Notes under the pieces: generated by a model | What the model saw: the letters and a program-made list of their open reading frames with translations, nothing else | Database searches by the model: none | What the model was told of the DNA's origin: nothing | Position numbers and translations under genes: made by a program | Shown here: in pieces, positions 7,004-16,857 of the stretch | How the letters are laid out: the number at the start of each line of letters is the position of its first letter | Numbering within the stretch: position 1 is the first letter of the stretch | Source of the DNA: Thermoproteota archaeon | GTDB taxonomy: Archaea; Korarchaeota; Korarchaeia; Korarchaeales; Korarchaeaceae | DNA length: 64,000 bases | Assembly (NCBI GenBank): GCA_027491915.1 | Contig: JAOZGC010000002.1 | Span: 224,001 to 288,000 of the forward strand | Direction: 5' to 3'

Positions 7004-8961
7004 ATCACCCGACCGGTCTCGGGCCCCACCTCCATACCCGGCAGGGACTCCAGCGCCTCGGCGAACTTCCCAGACCTCAGGATCCTGATGGCGGCCCTCA
7101 CGCCCTCCTTACCCAGCCTGTCCCTCCTGACCAGCAGGTCGTACCACTCCTCGGCCAGGGGGATGAAGTCCAGTCCGTAGGCCGCGGCAGCCGCCTCTAT
7201 CCCCACGCCAACGTCGGCCAAGCCGGCCCTCACCGCGGCCGCCACGGCCCCGTGGGACTTGGCCCCGGTGGTGTATCCCCTTATAGCGGAGGCGGCGCGC
7301 TCCGAGTCTACCCCCTCCATCTCCAGCAGCCGATCCAGGAGCATCCTGGTGCCGGACCCGGGGTTCCGGTTGATCATGGTCAGGTCCCCCCTGAGCAGGT
7401 CTCCTATCCCACCGACGCCCTTGGGGTTTCCCGGAGGGACCATGAGGCCCTGTCTCCTCTTGTAACCCCTGACTAGTATGGCCTTGTCCTTCAATCCGTA
7501 TCTCCCGATGTAGGGGACGTTGTACTCCCCCGTCTCCGGGTCCAGCGCGTGGACCCCCGCCAGGTCGGCCTCCCCCCTCCTCACCGCCGAGAAACCCCCC
7601 GTCGTCCCGACCGCCACGAACTTGACCTTCATCCCGGTTTCAGACCTGAGGATGTAGATCAGCCTCTCCAGCCCGATGCAGTGGCTGCCCACGACGCTGA
7701 GATCGGCCACCCGGATCCCTGGAGAAAACAGCCTGACGGTGATCCTGCTTCCCTCCCCGAGGAAACTGATCCCCTCCCTCTTCTCCACGAACCCGTCGGC
7801 CCTCGCCAGGGTCGATATGGCCTCGGATCCCGTGGGGACCGGGAAGGCCAGGAACCCCCCATCCGAGTCCCTCACCAGGTGGACCGGCAGGAAGCCGCGC
7901 CTTCCCACGTCCCCCTCTATCCTCTCGGCGGCCGTCGCCTCCACCTCGCCTCCCGGCGGGGACTCGCCGAGGCCGGCCATCCTCCTGACCGCCAGAGAGG
8001 CCAGCAGCCTGTAGGCCGTTAGCGAGCTGGTCGGGTTGCCCGGCAGCCCGAATATGAGCTTCCCCCGGGCGGCTCCGACGACGGTGGGCTTGCCCGGCTG
8101 GATGGCCACCCCGTGTATCAGGATCCCCGGGGGACCCAGCCTGTCCACGACCCTGTACATGACGTCTCCGGCCCCGGCGCTGGTGCTCCCGGAGAATATC
8201 ACCAGGTCGGCGACCTCCAGCCCCCTCCGGACGGCCCCCTCTATCTCCTCTTCGTCGTCCGGCACTATGCCGAGGTCGATGGGCACCCCTCCATCCCTCC
8301 TGACGGCCGCCGATATGACGTACCTGTTCACGTCCCTTATCTGGCCGTACTCGAGCTCCTCCCAGGGCTCCCTCAGCTCGTCTCCCGTGCTCCCGACGGC
8401 CACCCTGGGTTTGGCGAAGACCCTAACCCTCCTCCTCCCAGAGGCGGCCAGGATCCCCACCTCAGCCGGGCCGAGGAGGGAGCCGGCCGTCAGCACGGTC
8501 TCTCCCACCCTCACGTCCCCGCCGGCGGACTGAACGTTCTCCCCCGGGGTGACAGATCGATACACCATGAGCTCATCTCCCAACCTGTGGGTCCTCTCCA
8601 CCATGACGACGGCGTCAGCGCCCCGGGGGATGGGCGCCCCCGTGGCTATCTCCACGGCCTCGCCCTCTCCGACCTCTCCGAGATAGGGGTGCCCGGCGCT
8701 CGCCCTCCCAATCACCCTGAGGGAGATCGGCCTGTCCTCGTCGGCCCCGTAGGTGTCGGCTGCCCTCACGGCGAACCCGTCCTTGGTGGACCTGTCGAAG
8801 GGCGGGACGTCCACCTCGGAGTAGACGTCCTCGGCGAGCGCCCTCCCCAGCACCCCATCCAGGCTCACCTCTTCCACCTTCGGCTCGGGGACGTTCTCCC
8901 TGATGATCGCGATGGCCTCCTCCAGGGAGGCCAACCTCCTGTAGACCCTCCTCCCGCCCAC
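6970..8961 (-). CDS. moeA: MoeA fused to PBP/LysR-type substrate-binding domain
   Basis: DVPPFDRSTKDGFA, STGDEL, SGSTSAG, QPGKP, GLPGNP, then VGSHC...NRNPGSGTR PBP domain. Confidence 0.93.
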   Translation of the reverse strand: MGGRRVYRRLASLEEAIAIIRENVPEPKVEEVSLDGVLGRALAEDVYSEVDVPPFDRSTKDGFAVRAADTYGADEDRPISLRVIGRASAGHPYLGEVGEGEAVEIATGAPIPRGADAVVMVERTHRLGDELMVYRSVTPGENVQSAGGDVRVGETVLTAGSLLGPAEVGILAASGRRRVRVFAKPRVAVGSTGDELREPWEELEYGQIRDVNRYVISAAVRRDGGVPIDLGIVPDDEEEIEGAVRRGLEVADLVIFSGSTSAGAGDVMYRVVDRLGPPGILIHGVAIQPGKPTVVGAARGKLIFGLPGNPTSSLTAYRLLASLAVRRMAGLGESPPGGEVEATAAERIEGDVGRRGFLPVHLVRDSDGGFLAFPVPTGSEAISTLARADGFVEKREGISFLGEGSRITVRLFSPGIRVADLSVVGSHCIGLERLIYILRSETGMKVKFVAVGTTGGFSAVRRGEADLAGVHALDPETGEYNVPYIGRYGLKDKAILVRGYKRRQGLMVPPGNPKGVGGIGDLLRGDLTMINRNPGSGTRMLLDRLLEMEGVDSERAASAIRGYTTGAKSHGAVAAAVRAGLADVGVGIEAAAAAYGLDFIPLAEEWYDLLVRRDRLGKEGVRAAIRILRSGKFAEALESLPGMEVGPETGRVIYPPGLDLTLE

Positions 8962-8974
8962 CCGGCCTCCCCCC

Positions 8975-10282
8975 TCAGGGCGACGGCAGCCCCTGGATCT
9001 CGAGGCGAGTATACCTCCTGAGCAGCAGGGCGTCGACGGTGGATCCTGCGGGGAGGCCCTCCACGTCTCCCGGAACCACCACCACGGCGTCCGCGGCCGT
9101 CAGGGATGAGAGTATCCCGGAACCGGAGACCCTGACCGGATCGGCCCAGATCCCACCCCCCTCGTCGGCGCTCAACCTCACCCGGACGAAGTGGGTCATC
9201 CCGACCCTGGTGGTCACGGGGCGCGTCAGGCGCGCCTCCACGACCGCCGGCGCCGGCCTACCGGAGACGCCCCTGAGCCTGTCCAGGGTCGGCCCGACGA
9301 ACAGCCAGAGGTCGACGGCGGCCGCCACGGGATATCCTGGGAGGGCTATGAGGGGGCGGCCGCGCGGGAGCCTGGCCAGCAGGACCGGCCGCCCGGGCAT
9401 CGCGGCCACGCCGTGGACCAGCACTTCTCCCCCAATCTCCTCCACCGCCCTGAAGATCAGGTCTCCCCTCCCCACGCTGGTTCCCCCGGTGGTCAGGATC
9501 ACCTCGTGACCGTCCTCGGCCGACTCCAGGATCTTGGCTATCTCCCCCGGATCGTCCCCTACCATCCCCAGGTAATCGAGATCCGCCCCCCTCTCCCTCA
9601 CCCAAGATCCCACCAGATACCTCAGGGAGTTGGGGACCTTCCCGGGGACCCAATCCCCCCCCACCTCGAATATCTCGTCTCCGGTGCAGATTAGCGCCGC
9701 CCTGGGCCGGAGGTAGACTTCCACGGAGTCCACGTTGAGCTGGGCGAGCAGGCCCAGCTCGTATGGGCCCAGGACCCTCCCCCCCTCAAGGACGACGCTT
9801 CCCCTCTCCACGTCCTCCCCGGGCCTGGCCACGTTGGCCCAGGGGGGGACCTGGGAGTACACCTCGACAGCGCCTCCCACCTCCTCCGCCTGCTCCACCG
9901 GAACCACCGCGTCGCACCACTCAGGCAGGTAGGCCCCTGTGTATATCCTGATGGCCCCCATCTTCCCCCCATCTCCGGATCGGCGCGGAATCTCCCCCGG
10001 TCTGACCTCCCCCTCCAGCCTCAGGATCACGGGGGCCTGCCTGGAGGCCCCGTACGTGTTCGCCGCCCTGACCGCGTACCCGTCCATGGCGGCCCTAGGC
10101 GCGGGTGGTACTTCTACCGGAGACCTGAGGTCTCCGGCGAGCACCCTGCCGAGGGCCAGTTCCAGCGGGACCACCTCTCTCCCCCTCGGGGAGAGATCGA
10201 ACTCGGAGGAGAATCTCTCCCAGGCCTCTTCTATACCCATCAGCTCGCCGAACCCCCTCCACACGTGGCCCAGGGCGATCAC
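8975..10282 (-). CDS. moeA: Molybdopterin molybdotransferase MoeA
   Basis: RAAMDGYA, CTGDE, TTGGTSVG, PGRP, LPGYP, SGSGILSSL; start set at GTG 10282 because the longer ORF overlaps the DUF364 gene. Confidence 0.93.
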   Translation of the reverse strand: MIALGHVWRGFGELMGIEEAWERFSSEFDLSPRGREVVPLELALGRVLAGDLRSPVEVPPAPRAAMDGYAVRAANTYGASRQAPVILRLEGEVRPGEIPRRSGDGGKMGAIRIYTGAYLPEWCDAVVPVEQAEEVGGAVEVYSQVPPWANVARPGEDVERGSVVLEGGRVLGPYELGLLAQLNVDSVEVYLRPRAALICTGDEIFEVGGDWVPGKVPNSLRYLVGSWVRERGADLDYLGMVGDDPGEIAKILESAEDGHEVILTTGGTSVGRGDLIFRAVEEIGGEVLVHGVAAMPGRPVLLARLPRGRPLIALPGYPVAAAVDLWLFVGPTLDRLRGVSGRPAPAVVEARLTRPVTTRVGMTHFVRVRLSADEGGGIWADPVRVSGSGILSSLTAADAVVVVPGDVEGLPAGSTVDALLLRRYTRLEIQGLPSP

Positions 10283-10302
10283 CCGCCGCCCGCCCGATCC
10301 CC

Positions 10303-10317
10303 CCGATTTTAAATCGG
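10303..10317. promoter_or_regulatory. Palindromic bidirectional TATA element
   Basis: CCGATTTTAAATCGG centred 28 nt from the moeA GTG (10282) and 27 nt from the DUF364 GTG (10337). Confidence 0.6.
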
Positions 10318-10336
10318 TCGCCCCGGACCAGTCCCC

Positions 10337-11077
10337 GTGGGCGGCACCCTGCTCGAGATCCTGTCGGAGGTAGCCGCGGAGACCTCGGGGGAGGCCGTCG
10401 CGTCGGAGGTTATCGTGAGCTTCCCATACACCGGCGTCCTGTCGGAGTCCGGGCTTGGGGTCTCTCCCACCATCCTGGAGCCCCCCAGATCCTTGAGCAT
10501 CGAGCCCGGAACCGCGTCGGGCAGGCCGCTGGGGGACCTGCTTAGACTGGCCTCCTCCCCCCTGGGGATGGACTCCTCCCTGGCCCTGGCGGCCGTTAAC
10601 TCTGCGATCCAGCCGCCTCCCGAGGCCGAGCCCCTCGACGCGCTGGAGGCCGTGGGCCTGAACCCTTCGGACGAGGTCTGCGTCATAGGAGGCTTCCCCG
10701 AGGATTACCTGGCAGCGGCGAGGAGGAGGTGTCGGAGGCTGTGGGTCTTCGAGAGGCCTCCGAGGATGAGGAGGGATACCCTGCCCGACTGGGCCGAGGA
10801 GATGCTGGTCCCGAGGTGCACCGTCCTCCTCGCCACCGGGCTGACGGTCGCCAACAGGACCATAGACAGGCTTATCGAGCTCGCGTCCAACGCCAGGGAG
10901 GTGGCCCTGATCGGCCCGAGTGTCCCCATGCACCCGGACTCCCTGAGGGAGGCGGGTATCACGGTCGCCGCGGGCGCGAGGTTCACGGACCCCCGCGGGG
11001 CCGCGGTCGCCGTGAGGGAGGGAGGGGGCACCCCCTCCCTGAGGAGGTTCTCCGAGAAGGTGGTTCTGAGGCTGTAA
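10337..11077 (+). CDS. DUF364 / Rossmann-like putative metal-chelation protein
   Basis: SLALAAVNS, VIGGF, LWVFER, ATGLTVANRTIDRL, LIGPSVPM. Confidence 0.8.
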   Translation: MGGTLLEILSEVAAETSGEAVASEVIVSFPYTGVLSESGLGVSPTILEPPRSLSIEPGTASGRPLGDLLRLASSPLGMDSSLALAAVNSAIQPPPEAEPLDALEAVGLNPSDEVCVIGGFPEDYLAAARRRCRRLWVFERPPRMRRDTLPDWAEEMLVPRCTVLLATGLTVANRTIDRLIELASNAREVALIGPSVPMHPDSLREAGITVAAGARFTDPRGAAVAVREGGGTPSLRRFSEKVVLRL

Positions 11078-11081
11078 TGCC

Positions 11082-12650
11082 TCAGTGGACGAAGAAGAGC
11101 ATCACGAAGGTCCCCAGCGGTAGGAAGGCCAACTCCCTGAGGGAGGACGTGACGTGGCCCGTCCTGACCGTCCCCAGGCTGAGGGCCATGACCACCGTCT
11201 GGACCACGGCCTGCATCATCAGGGCCCCCCTTATGGACTCGGTCGCCATCTGCGATATGGATTCGAGGTTCATCACGTTGAACAGCAGGGTGTAGGACCC
11301 GAGGACCAGCAGGAACGCGACCGTGGCGGTCAGATAGTTCCCCGTCTTCGTCCCCTCGGTCTCTATCCAGAGCTCCCTAATCCTGGTCGAGAAGCTGGCT
11401 ATGGTGGCGAAGGTCTCCTCCAGGTCGGCCCCGGCCTCCAGGGCCTTTATTATCAGGAGGGCGCTCATTCTGGACACGCTGTACCTGAGCTCCTCCGCTA
11501 TCCTGGACAGGATCAGGGGGTAGGGGAGCTTCAGGCTGGCCCATGCCTTCATCTTCGTGCCGAGGGTCTTCAGGTGCCTGTAGGGTATCTTCATCTCCCT
11601 TATGGCGTCGCCGAATGCCCTGCCCCCCCTGAGCTCCGAGAACAGGTCCGCCAGGAGGAGGGGAAAGTCGAAGGACTGCCCCCTGAAGGTGACCTCCTCC
11701 CCCCTTATCGTCAGCCACCCGGCCAGCCCGCCCGCGGCCACCGCCGCCGAAATCGCGTGATATATCGTCATCTGCGCCGGGAGGATCCCCCTGTCCAGGG
11801 CGAAGAACATCCCGGCGAACGTCATCAACCCTACCCCGAACGCCGTCGCCCACCCGTGCACCACCGTCTCGCTCCTGAAGCTGAAGAACCTCACCGAGAA
11901 GATCTTGAACATGCTCACGAAGATCGGGGTGGGGACCAGGGTCGTCAGGAGTGTGGAGTACATGGCCTCGGTCGGGACCTGGCCCTGCTCTACCAGGGCC
12001 TGGAAGGCGAACATCATCATCATCACGAACGGGAAGACCGTGGAAGATAGGGTGTATATGATCAGTATCATCATCAGCCTCTCCGTGGTCTGCCTCATGG
12101 CAATCATGGACCTCTCGACCGACTCGTCCAGCTCGGTCTTGAGCATCTCCTCGACCGCCTCTCCCCTGGTGGCCAGGTAGTCGGCCAGCCTGGAATATAT
12201 CCTGGCCCAGAACCTGGACGGAGAGAGCCTCCTGTTTATGGCCAACCCCTTCAGGGTCCCCGCCCCCTCCAGCCTGCCCGCCGCCCTGGTGAAGTACTCC
12301 CTGGCCTCCGGGTCGGGGGATATGGATCCTGCCGCCCTGAGGCTGCTGCTGACGGATCTGCCCACCTTCTGGAGCACCCATATGGTGGCCAGGTAGGCCC
12401 AGAGGTCCTTCTCTATCTTGCTGGCCATGTTCATTGAGTTCAGGAAGGGGGTGAGGGCGTACATCCCAGGTATCATGACGGCCACGACCGCGGCGTAAAG
12501 GGGGTTCTCCATGGACCCCCAGAGCGCGAGGACGGCCGCCAGGGCCGCCGAGGCGGCCGCTATCAGGAGGACCCTCCTGGTGAAGCTCTCGGCCGTCGTG
12601 TCGAACATCCCCGCCTTTATGAGCCTCTCCTCTGATATCAGGGCCACCAT
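11082..12650 (-). CDS. Type IV pilus platform membrane protein (TadC/ArlJ-like, two T2SSF domains)
   Basis: Two repeated cytoplasmic domains each followed by TM helices; directly downstream of the pilus ATPase. Confidence 0.82.
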   Translation of the reverse strand: MVALISEERLIKAGMFDTTAESFTRRVLLIAAASAALAAVLALWGSMENPLYAAVVAVMIPGMYALTPFLNSMNMASKIEKDLWAYLATIWVLQKVGRSVSSSLRAAGSISPDPEAREYFTRAAGRLEGAGTLKGLAINRRLSPSRFWARIYSRLADYLATRGEAVEEMLKTELDESVERSMIAMRQTTERLMMILIIYTLSSTVFPFVMMMMFAFQALVEQGQVPTEAMYSTLLTTLVPTPIFVSMFKIFSVRFFSFRSETVVHGWATAFGVGLMTFAGMFFALDRGILPAQMTIYHAISAAVAAGGLAGWLTIRGEEVTFRGQSFDFPLLLADLFSELRGGRAFGDAIREMKIPYRHLKTLGTKMKAWASLKLPYPLILSRIAEELRYSVSRMSALLIIKALEAGADLEETFATIASFSTRIRELWIETEGTKTGNYLTATVAFLLVLGSYTLLFNVMNLESISQMATESIRGALMMQAVVQTVVMALSLGTVRTGHVTSSLRELAFLPLGTFVMLFFVH

Positions 12651-12654
12651 CCCT

Positions 12655-14100
12655 CTAACCCGCCCTTGCCTCTATCTCCGGCCCGAGCTTGGCCCCCCTC
12701 GCCACCATATCCTCGAGCCTCTCGGCCTTCTCCAGCAGCTCCTCGGCGATGTCCTGTATGTGTCTATCCTCCTTCTTTGCTATCTCCCTCAGCAGGTAGC
12801 TGTCCCTCAGCGGGTTTCCTATCAGCTCCCCCATCTTCCTGGTGAAGACGTCTCTCAACTCCACATCGCCGTCCACGTACTCTATCTCGGCTATCCTGAC
12901 CACGTACCTGTTTCCCCCCTCCCTCCTGAGCAGGGCGGCCACCTTGAAGTCCGCCACCCTCTCGAGCGGGAGGTTGATGGGGTCGCTCGTCAGCCTGGCT
13001 ATGACCCCCTCCAGGGTGTCCGAGTGGAAGGTGGTTAGGGCCGTGTGGCCCAGGTTGATGAACTGAACCAGGAGTCTGGTCTCCACCCCCCTGCTCTCTC
13101 CCACGACCACGTAGTCGGGTCTCATCCTAAGCACGTCCCTCATCAGGTCCGCTATGCTGAGCCCCGAGGCCGCCGTCCCCGGGGGCTGACCTATGAGCGA
13201 CGTCCAGTTCTTGTGCCTGGGGAGGTATATCTCCGGGGTGTCCTCAACGGTCACTATGTGCCTGTCGGTGGGCAGCAGCGAGAGGAGCGCGTTGAGGAAG
13301 GTGGTCTTCCCGGAACCCGTCTCCCCGACTATGAAGCCGGACATGCCGTGCTCGGCCAGGAGCCAGAGATAGGCTGCGGCCTCCACGGTTATGGTTCCCC
13401 CCGATATGAGCTCCGCTATCCCGGGCCTCTTGACGAACTTCCTTATCGTGAGCGTGGTCCCCCCCTCGCTCGCGACCTGTCCGAACAGGGCGTGGACCCT
13501 GCTCCCATCCGGGAGCTTCCCCTCGAGTCTCGGCTTCGCCAGGGACACCTGCCTGCCAACCCTCTCGGCCAGCTTCAGGACCAGGAGCCTCGCCTCATCC
13601 TCCGTGACCTCTATGTTGGTCTCGTACCATCCCGGCTTGCCCGACAGGACGACGAAGAACCTCTTCGACCCCCTGGCCGGGAGGGTAACGTCCTCCACGT
13701 ACGGGTCCATCATTATGGGCTCGAGCGGGCCGAGTCCCTCGACGTTCCTCCTCAGATAGTACTTGAGCGCCTCCACCGCCCTGTCGAACCTCTCTCCCTT
13801 GGCCTTTGCCTTCCTCTTCTTCAGGACCCTCCTGGCGGCCTCGTCGTACAGCCTCTCCATGGCCTCCAGATCCTCGGGGGTTACCCTGGCCAGCACGTAC
13901 TCCTCCGCCTCCGAGAGGACATCCTCCGGCGGAATTGGGGGCTCGACGACGACGTACCTCTTGCCGACGAGCCCCCTCCAGACGAGCCCCGGGACGAGCT
14001 CCACAACCTCCTCCATCTCCGAGAGGGACCTCCTCCTCTCGTCCCAGGAGTCGGCGAACCTCAACACGTCCTCCCTCTTCTTGCCGCCGAACAATCCCAT
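12655..14100 (-). CDS. Type IV pilus assembly ATPase (VirB11/TadA/ArlI family)
   Basis: Walker A GETGSGKTT, Asp box TVEDTPE, RMRPDYVVVGESRG, His box GHTALTTFH. Confidence 0.95.
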   Translation of the reverse strand: MGLFGGKKREDVLRFADSWDERRRSLSEMEEVVELVPGLVWRGLVGKRYVVVEPPIPPEDVLSEAEEYVLARVTPEDLEAMERLYDEAARRVLKKRKAKAKGERFDRAVEALKYYLRRNVEGLGPLEPIMMDPYVEDVTLPARGSKRFFVVLSGKPGWYETNIEVTEDEARLLVLKLAERVGRQVSLAKPRLEGKLPDGSRVHALFGQVASEGGTTLTIRKFVKRPGIAELISGGTITVEAAAYLWLLAEHGMSGFIVGETGSGKTTFLNALLSLLPTDRHIVTVEDTPEIYLPRHKNWTSLIGQPPGTAASGLSIADLMRDVLRMRPDYVVVGESRGVETRLLVQFINLGHTALTTFHSDTLEGVIARLTSDPINLPLERVADFKVAALLRREGGNRYVVRIAEIEYVDGDVELRDVFTRKMGELIGNPLRDSYLLREIAKKEDRHIQDIAEELLEKAERLEDMVARGAKLGPEIEARAG

Positions 14101-14565
14101 TCAACCGCCTCCCTCCTTGGAGCCTATCACGTTGGCTATCCTAATCTGGAAGGTGCCGTTGTAGGGTCCCATGACCACGTAGATCCTCCCCCCGTACAGC
14201 TTGGGCGGGGCCATCACCGGTATGCCAGAGTAATAGGTGGCCTCCGCCTTGACCCTCGTCTCCCCGAGCACGGTCCTCCCTACGACCCAGACCTCCAGCT
14301 TCCCGGTCCCGTTGACCGGCTGATCCACGTGCACCTCGTAGTGCTTGTCCCGGCTCTCGGGCACCGTTATCTCCGAGACCATAGTCACCACACCGGACTC
14401 GAAGCTCCTCGCCACGAAGGTTATCTCGGCCGCCAGCTTCTCGGCCAGGTCGTTTGCCTCCTGCTGGAGCCTCATGTTGACGAGGGCCGGCCTTATTCCC
14501 AGCAGGTAGAGGGCCATGGTGGAGGCGATGAGCACCAGGACCGCCCACGTGATGGCCGACCTCAA
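14101..14565 (-). CDS. Minor pilin-like protein
   Basis: MRSA|ITWAVLVLIAS hydrophobic N-terminus, amphipathic helix, beta domain; coupled to upstream gene. Confidence 0.65.
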   Translation of the reverse strand: MRSAITWAVLVLIASTMALYLLGIRPALVNMRLQQEANDLAEKLAAEITFVARSFESGVVTMVSEITVPESRDKHYEVHVDQPVNGTGKLEVWVVGRTVLGETRVKAEATYYSGIPVMAPPKLYGGRIYVVMGPYNGTFQIRIANVIGSKEGGG

Positions 14566-15674
14566 GCCCTCGCCCCCGCCTCCACCCTGACTATCAGTAT
14601 GTAGGGGCGGACCATGACCACGTTGTAAGCCCTGGGCCCGCTGGGTCCGACCGCCTCTACCACGAAGATGCCCGGCGTCACCCCGAACGGGTCATCCAGA
14701 TCCCAGATCAGGGCGTTGGAGTCGTTGAGGGTGAGGATCACCAGCCCGTCGGACAGCCTGCGCACGGTCCAGTTCGCCGGGTATATGGGATGGTAGGTGA
14801 GGTGGACCGTCTCCCCCGCGGTGTAAGAGTGATCGGCCGCGTCGAGCCAGTAACCTCCGGGGCTGGCCTCCACGACGGCGGCCACCCTGGAAACCTTCAG
14901 GTTTGCCCCACCCGGGTCGTAGGTGGCCGTCACGTTCACCTGCCCGGCCAGGGGGCAGACCAGTATCGTGTCCCCCGTCCCTGAGTCGGTGCAGGTGACC
15001 ACGTCCTTGGTCTCGTTGAACTCGTATATCATCCCCACGTCGGTCGCGTTGCCCTCCAGGGTCGGGTCTATCAGGGAGCAGACCGCCGGGTTGGCGCACC
15101 TGCCGGCGCAGGTCGTCGCCTCCATGCACTCGAACTTGGCGGATACCGTCACGCTGGAATTCTCTATCGGGAGGCCGTTCCTGGCGTCGTAGTAGACCAC
15201 CATCAGCCTCAGGGGGTCCATGGTCCCAGACTGGGCGCTGGCGTTGTACCACTCCCTCTCGAAGACGATCTCGCTGAGGACCGTCCCGTTCGGCATCACG
15301 TAGACGGGACACGGCTTCTCGGCGATCGACAGCCCGGCGGCCTCCGACCGGTTCAGGTTGTCGAACACCACCGCGGATCCGACGACGGCCGAGCCGTTCG
15401 ACAAGGATAGGTTGACCCTGAGCATGAGCCCCGAGTCCCTGGATATCGCGTCGGCCCACTCGGCCAGGGTCTGGTTCACGTCGGACGCCGGATTCGGGGA
15501 GTAGGCGAACATCCTGACGTAGGCGTACCCCAGCACGGAGGCGGCGCTCCTGGCCACGGCGTACCTGCCCTGGGCCACGTCCACCTGGACCTGGGGCCTC
15601 AGCATGACCACCCCCACCAGGGCGGCCCCTATCAGGGCGACCCCGACTATCGCCTCTATCGGCTCCACGTCCAC
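14562..15674 (-). CDS. Large Cys-rich minor pilin-like protein, no basic leader
   Basis: MDVEPIEAIVGVALIGAALVG; Cys cluster ECMEATTCAGRCANPAVC; many N-x-S/T sequons. Confidence 0.65.
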   Translation of the reverse strand: MDVEPIEAIVGVALIGAALVGVVMLRPQVQVDVAQGRYAVARSAASVLGYAYVRMFAYSPNPASDVNQTLAEWADAISRDSGLMLRVNLSLSNGSAVVGSAVVFDNLNRSEAAGLSIAEKPCPVYVMPNGTVLSEIVFEREWYNASAQSGTMDPLRLMVVYYDARNGLPIENSSVTVSAKFECMEATTCAGRCANPAVCSLIDPTLEGNATDVGMIYEFNETKDVVTCTDSGTGDTILVCPLAGQVNVTATYDPGGANLKVSRVAAVVEASPGGYWLDAADHSYTAGETVHLTYHPIYPANWTVRRLSDGLVILTLNDSNALIWDLDDPFGVTPGIFVVEAVGPSGPRAYNVVMVRPYILIVRVEAGARA

Positions 15675-15680
15675 CCCGCG

Positions 15681-16205
15681 TCACCCCCCGAACAGGGTCA
15701 CCTCCGCCCTGTAGAGTCCCTCCCCCATGGTGTTCCCGTTCACGGTCGCGTCCCCGGCCAGGTAGACGTACACCTTCTGTCCCACGGCGAACCCCCTGGT
15801 AACCTTCGATCCGAGGATCAGGGACGCCCTCCGGGAGAACTCCCCGGACGACTCGTTGAACCGGTAGAAGGACACCCTCACGTCCAGCCCCCCGGTGGGT
15901 AGGGCCGACTTGAACTGGCCGTAGGTCATGTTGGCCGCCCGCTCCAGCTTGACTGGGTCCACCACGTAGGGCCATATTATCGAGTAGTTGACGCCCTCGT
16001 CCACCAGGGCTAGGCCGACCCTCATCTCCGTGGAGTTCCAGTTGCCAGGTCCCTCGAACACCTGCGCGACCACCAGGCTGGCCGTCTCCTGCATGGCCCT
16101 GGGATTCCTGACCGCCTGGCCCTGCATGATCGACATCGCGAAGGCCCCGAACACGAGCACCGGTATGAGGGATGCCAGAAATGCCACGGCCTTCCTCGTC
16201 CCCAC
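15681..16205 (-). CDS. Minor pilin-like protein
   Basis: MGTRKA|VAFLASLIPVLVF class III leader; PGNW...GLA...DPVKL motif typical of archaeal minor pilins. Confidence 0.7.
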   Translation of the reverse strand: MGTRKAVAFLASLIPVLVFGAFAMSIMQGQAVRNPRAMQETASLVVAQVFEGPGNWNSTEMRVGLALVDEGVNYSIIWPYVVDPVKLERAANMTYGQFKSALPTGGLDVRVSFYRFNESSGEFSRRASLILGSKVTRGFAVGQKVYVYLAGDATVNGNTMGEGLYRAEVTLFGG

Positions 16206-16696
16206 TACCCCCCGAATGTTATAGATATCGTCATATTACCTTTGTTCTCTATCCTGACCGGGACCTGCTCCCCGGACGGGGCCAGGCCGCTGACCAATAT
16301 CCTCCAGCTCCCGACGGCCGCTATCCTGAACAAGACGGCGTTCCCGGTCGCTGACTGATTCAGCACGCTCACCGCCCCCCTGGCGAGCGTCATGGTGCCT
16401 ACGGCCTCCGGCGGGTTGTAGAGCACTATCTCCAGGGACCTGTTCTCCCAGGGGCCGGATCCCCCTCTCATTACCACCTCTGAGGGGACGTTGACCCCCA
16501 GGGTGGTCATGAACCCGCTCCCCGACAGGGCCGCGCTCTCGAGGGCCTCGTGTATCTCGAAGGCCACGTTCTTGGCCTGGGAATACCTGGCCTCCCTGGT
16601 CTTCTCCTCTATCATGGGGTAGACTATCGAGTAACCCAGCAGGATTATCGCCAGTCCCAGCACGATCATTACGGCGGCCTCGACGCTGGCCTCCAA
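16205..16696 (-). CDS. Minor pilin-like protein, no basic leader
   Basis: MEASVEAAVMIVLGLAIILL; in-frame TGA immediately precedes the TTG start. Confidence 0.7.
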   Translation of the reverse strand: MEASVEAAVMIVLGLAIILLGYSIVYPMIEEKTREARYSQAKNVAFEIHEALESAALSGSGFMTTLGVNVPSEVVMRGGSGPWENRSLEIVLYNPPEAVGTMTLARGAVSVLNQSATGNAVLFRIAAVGSWRILVSGLAPSGEQVPVRIENKGNMTISITFGG

Positions 16697-16810
16697 TCAC
16701 AAAACCCCCCACTCGGCTTCAGGGGAGATGGGGGAGGAGGGCGGATGCGGCGGGAGGGGACGAGCGGGGGACCAACCGAACAAGACGAATAGGGAAAGGG
16801 CAATAGAAGG

Positions 16811-16841
16811 AAAAAAGGGAGCCCCTCCCCCGAGAGGCTCC
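16811..16841 (-). terminator. Hairpin + U-tract terminator after the major pilin
   Basis: GGAGCCTCTC-GGGG-GAGGGGCTCC-CTTTTTT on the minus strand. Confidence 0.65.
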
Positions 16842-16857
16842 GGCGGGCTGAAGGCCC

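Noticed and set aside
10283-10933. Apparent N-terminal extension of MoeA
   Set aside because: Antisense to the DUF364 gene; TATA at about 10310 supports a start at 10282
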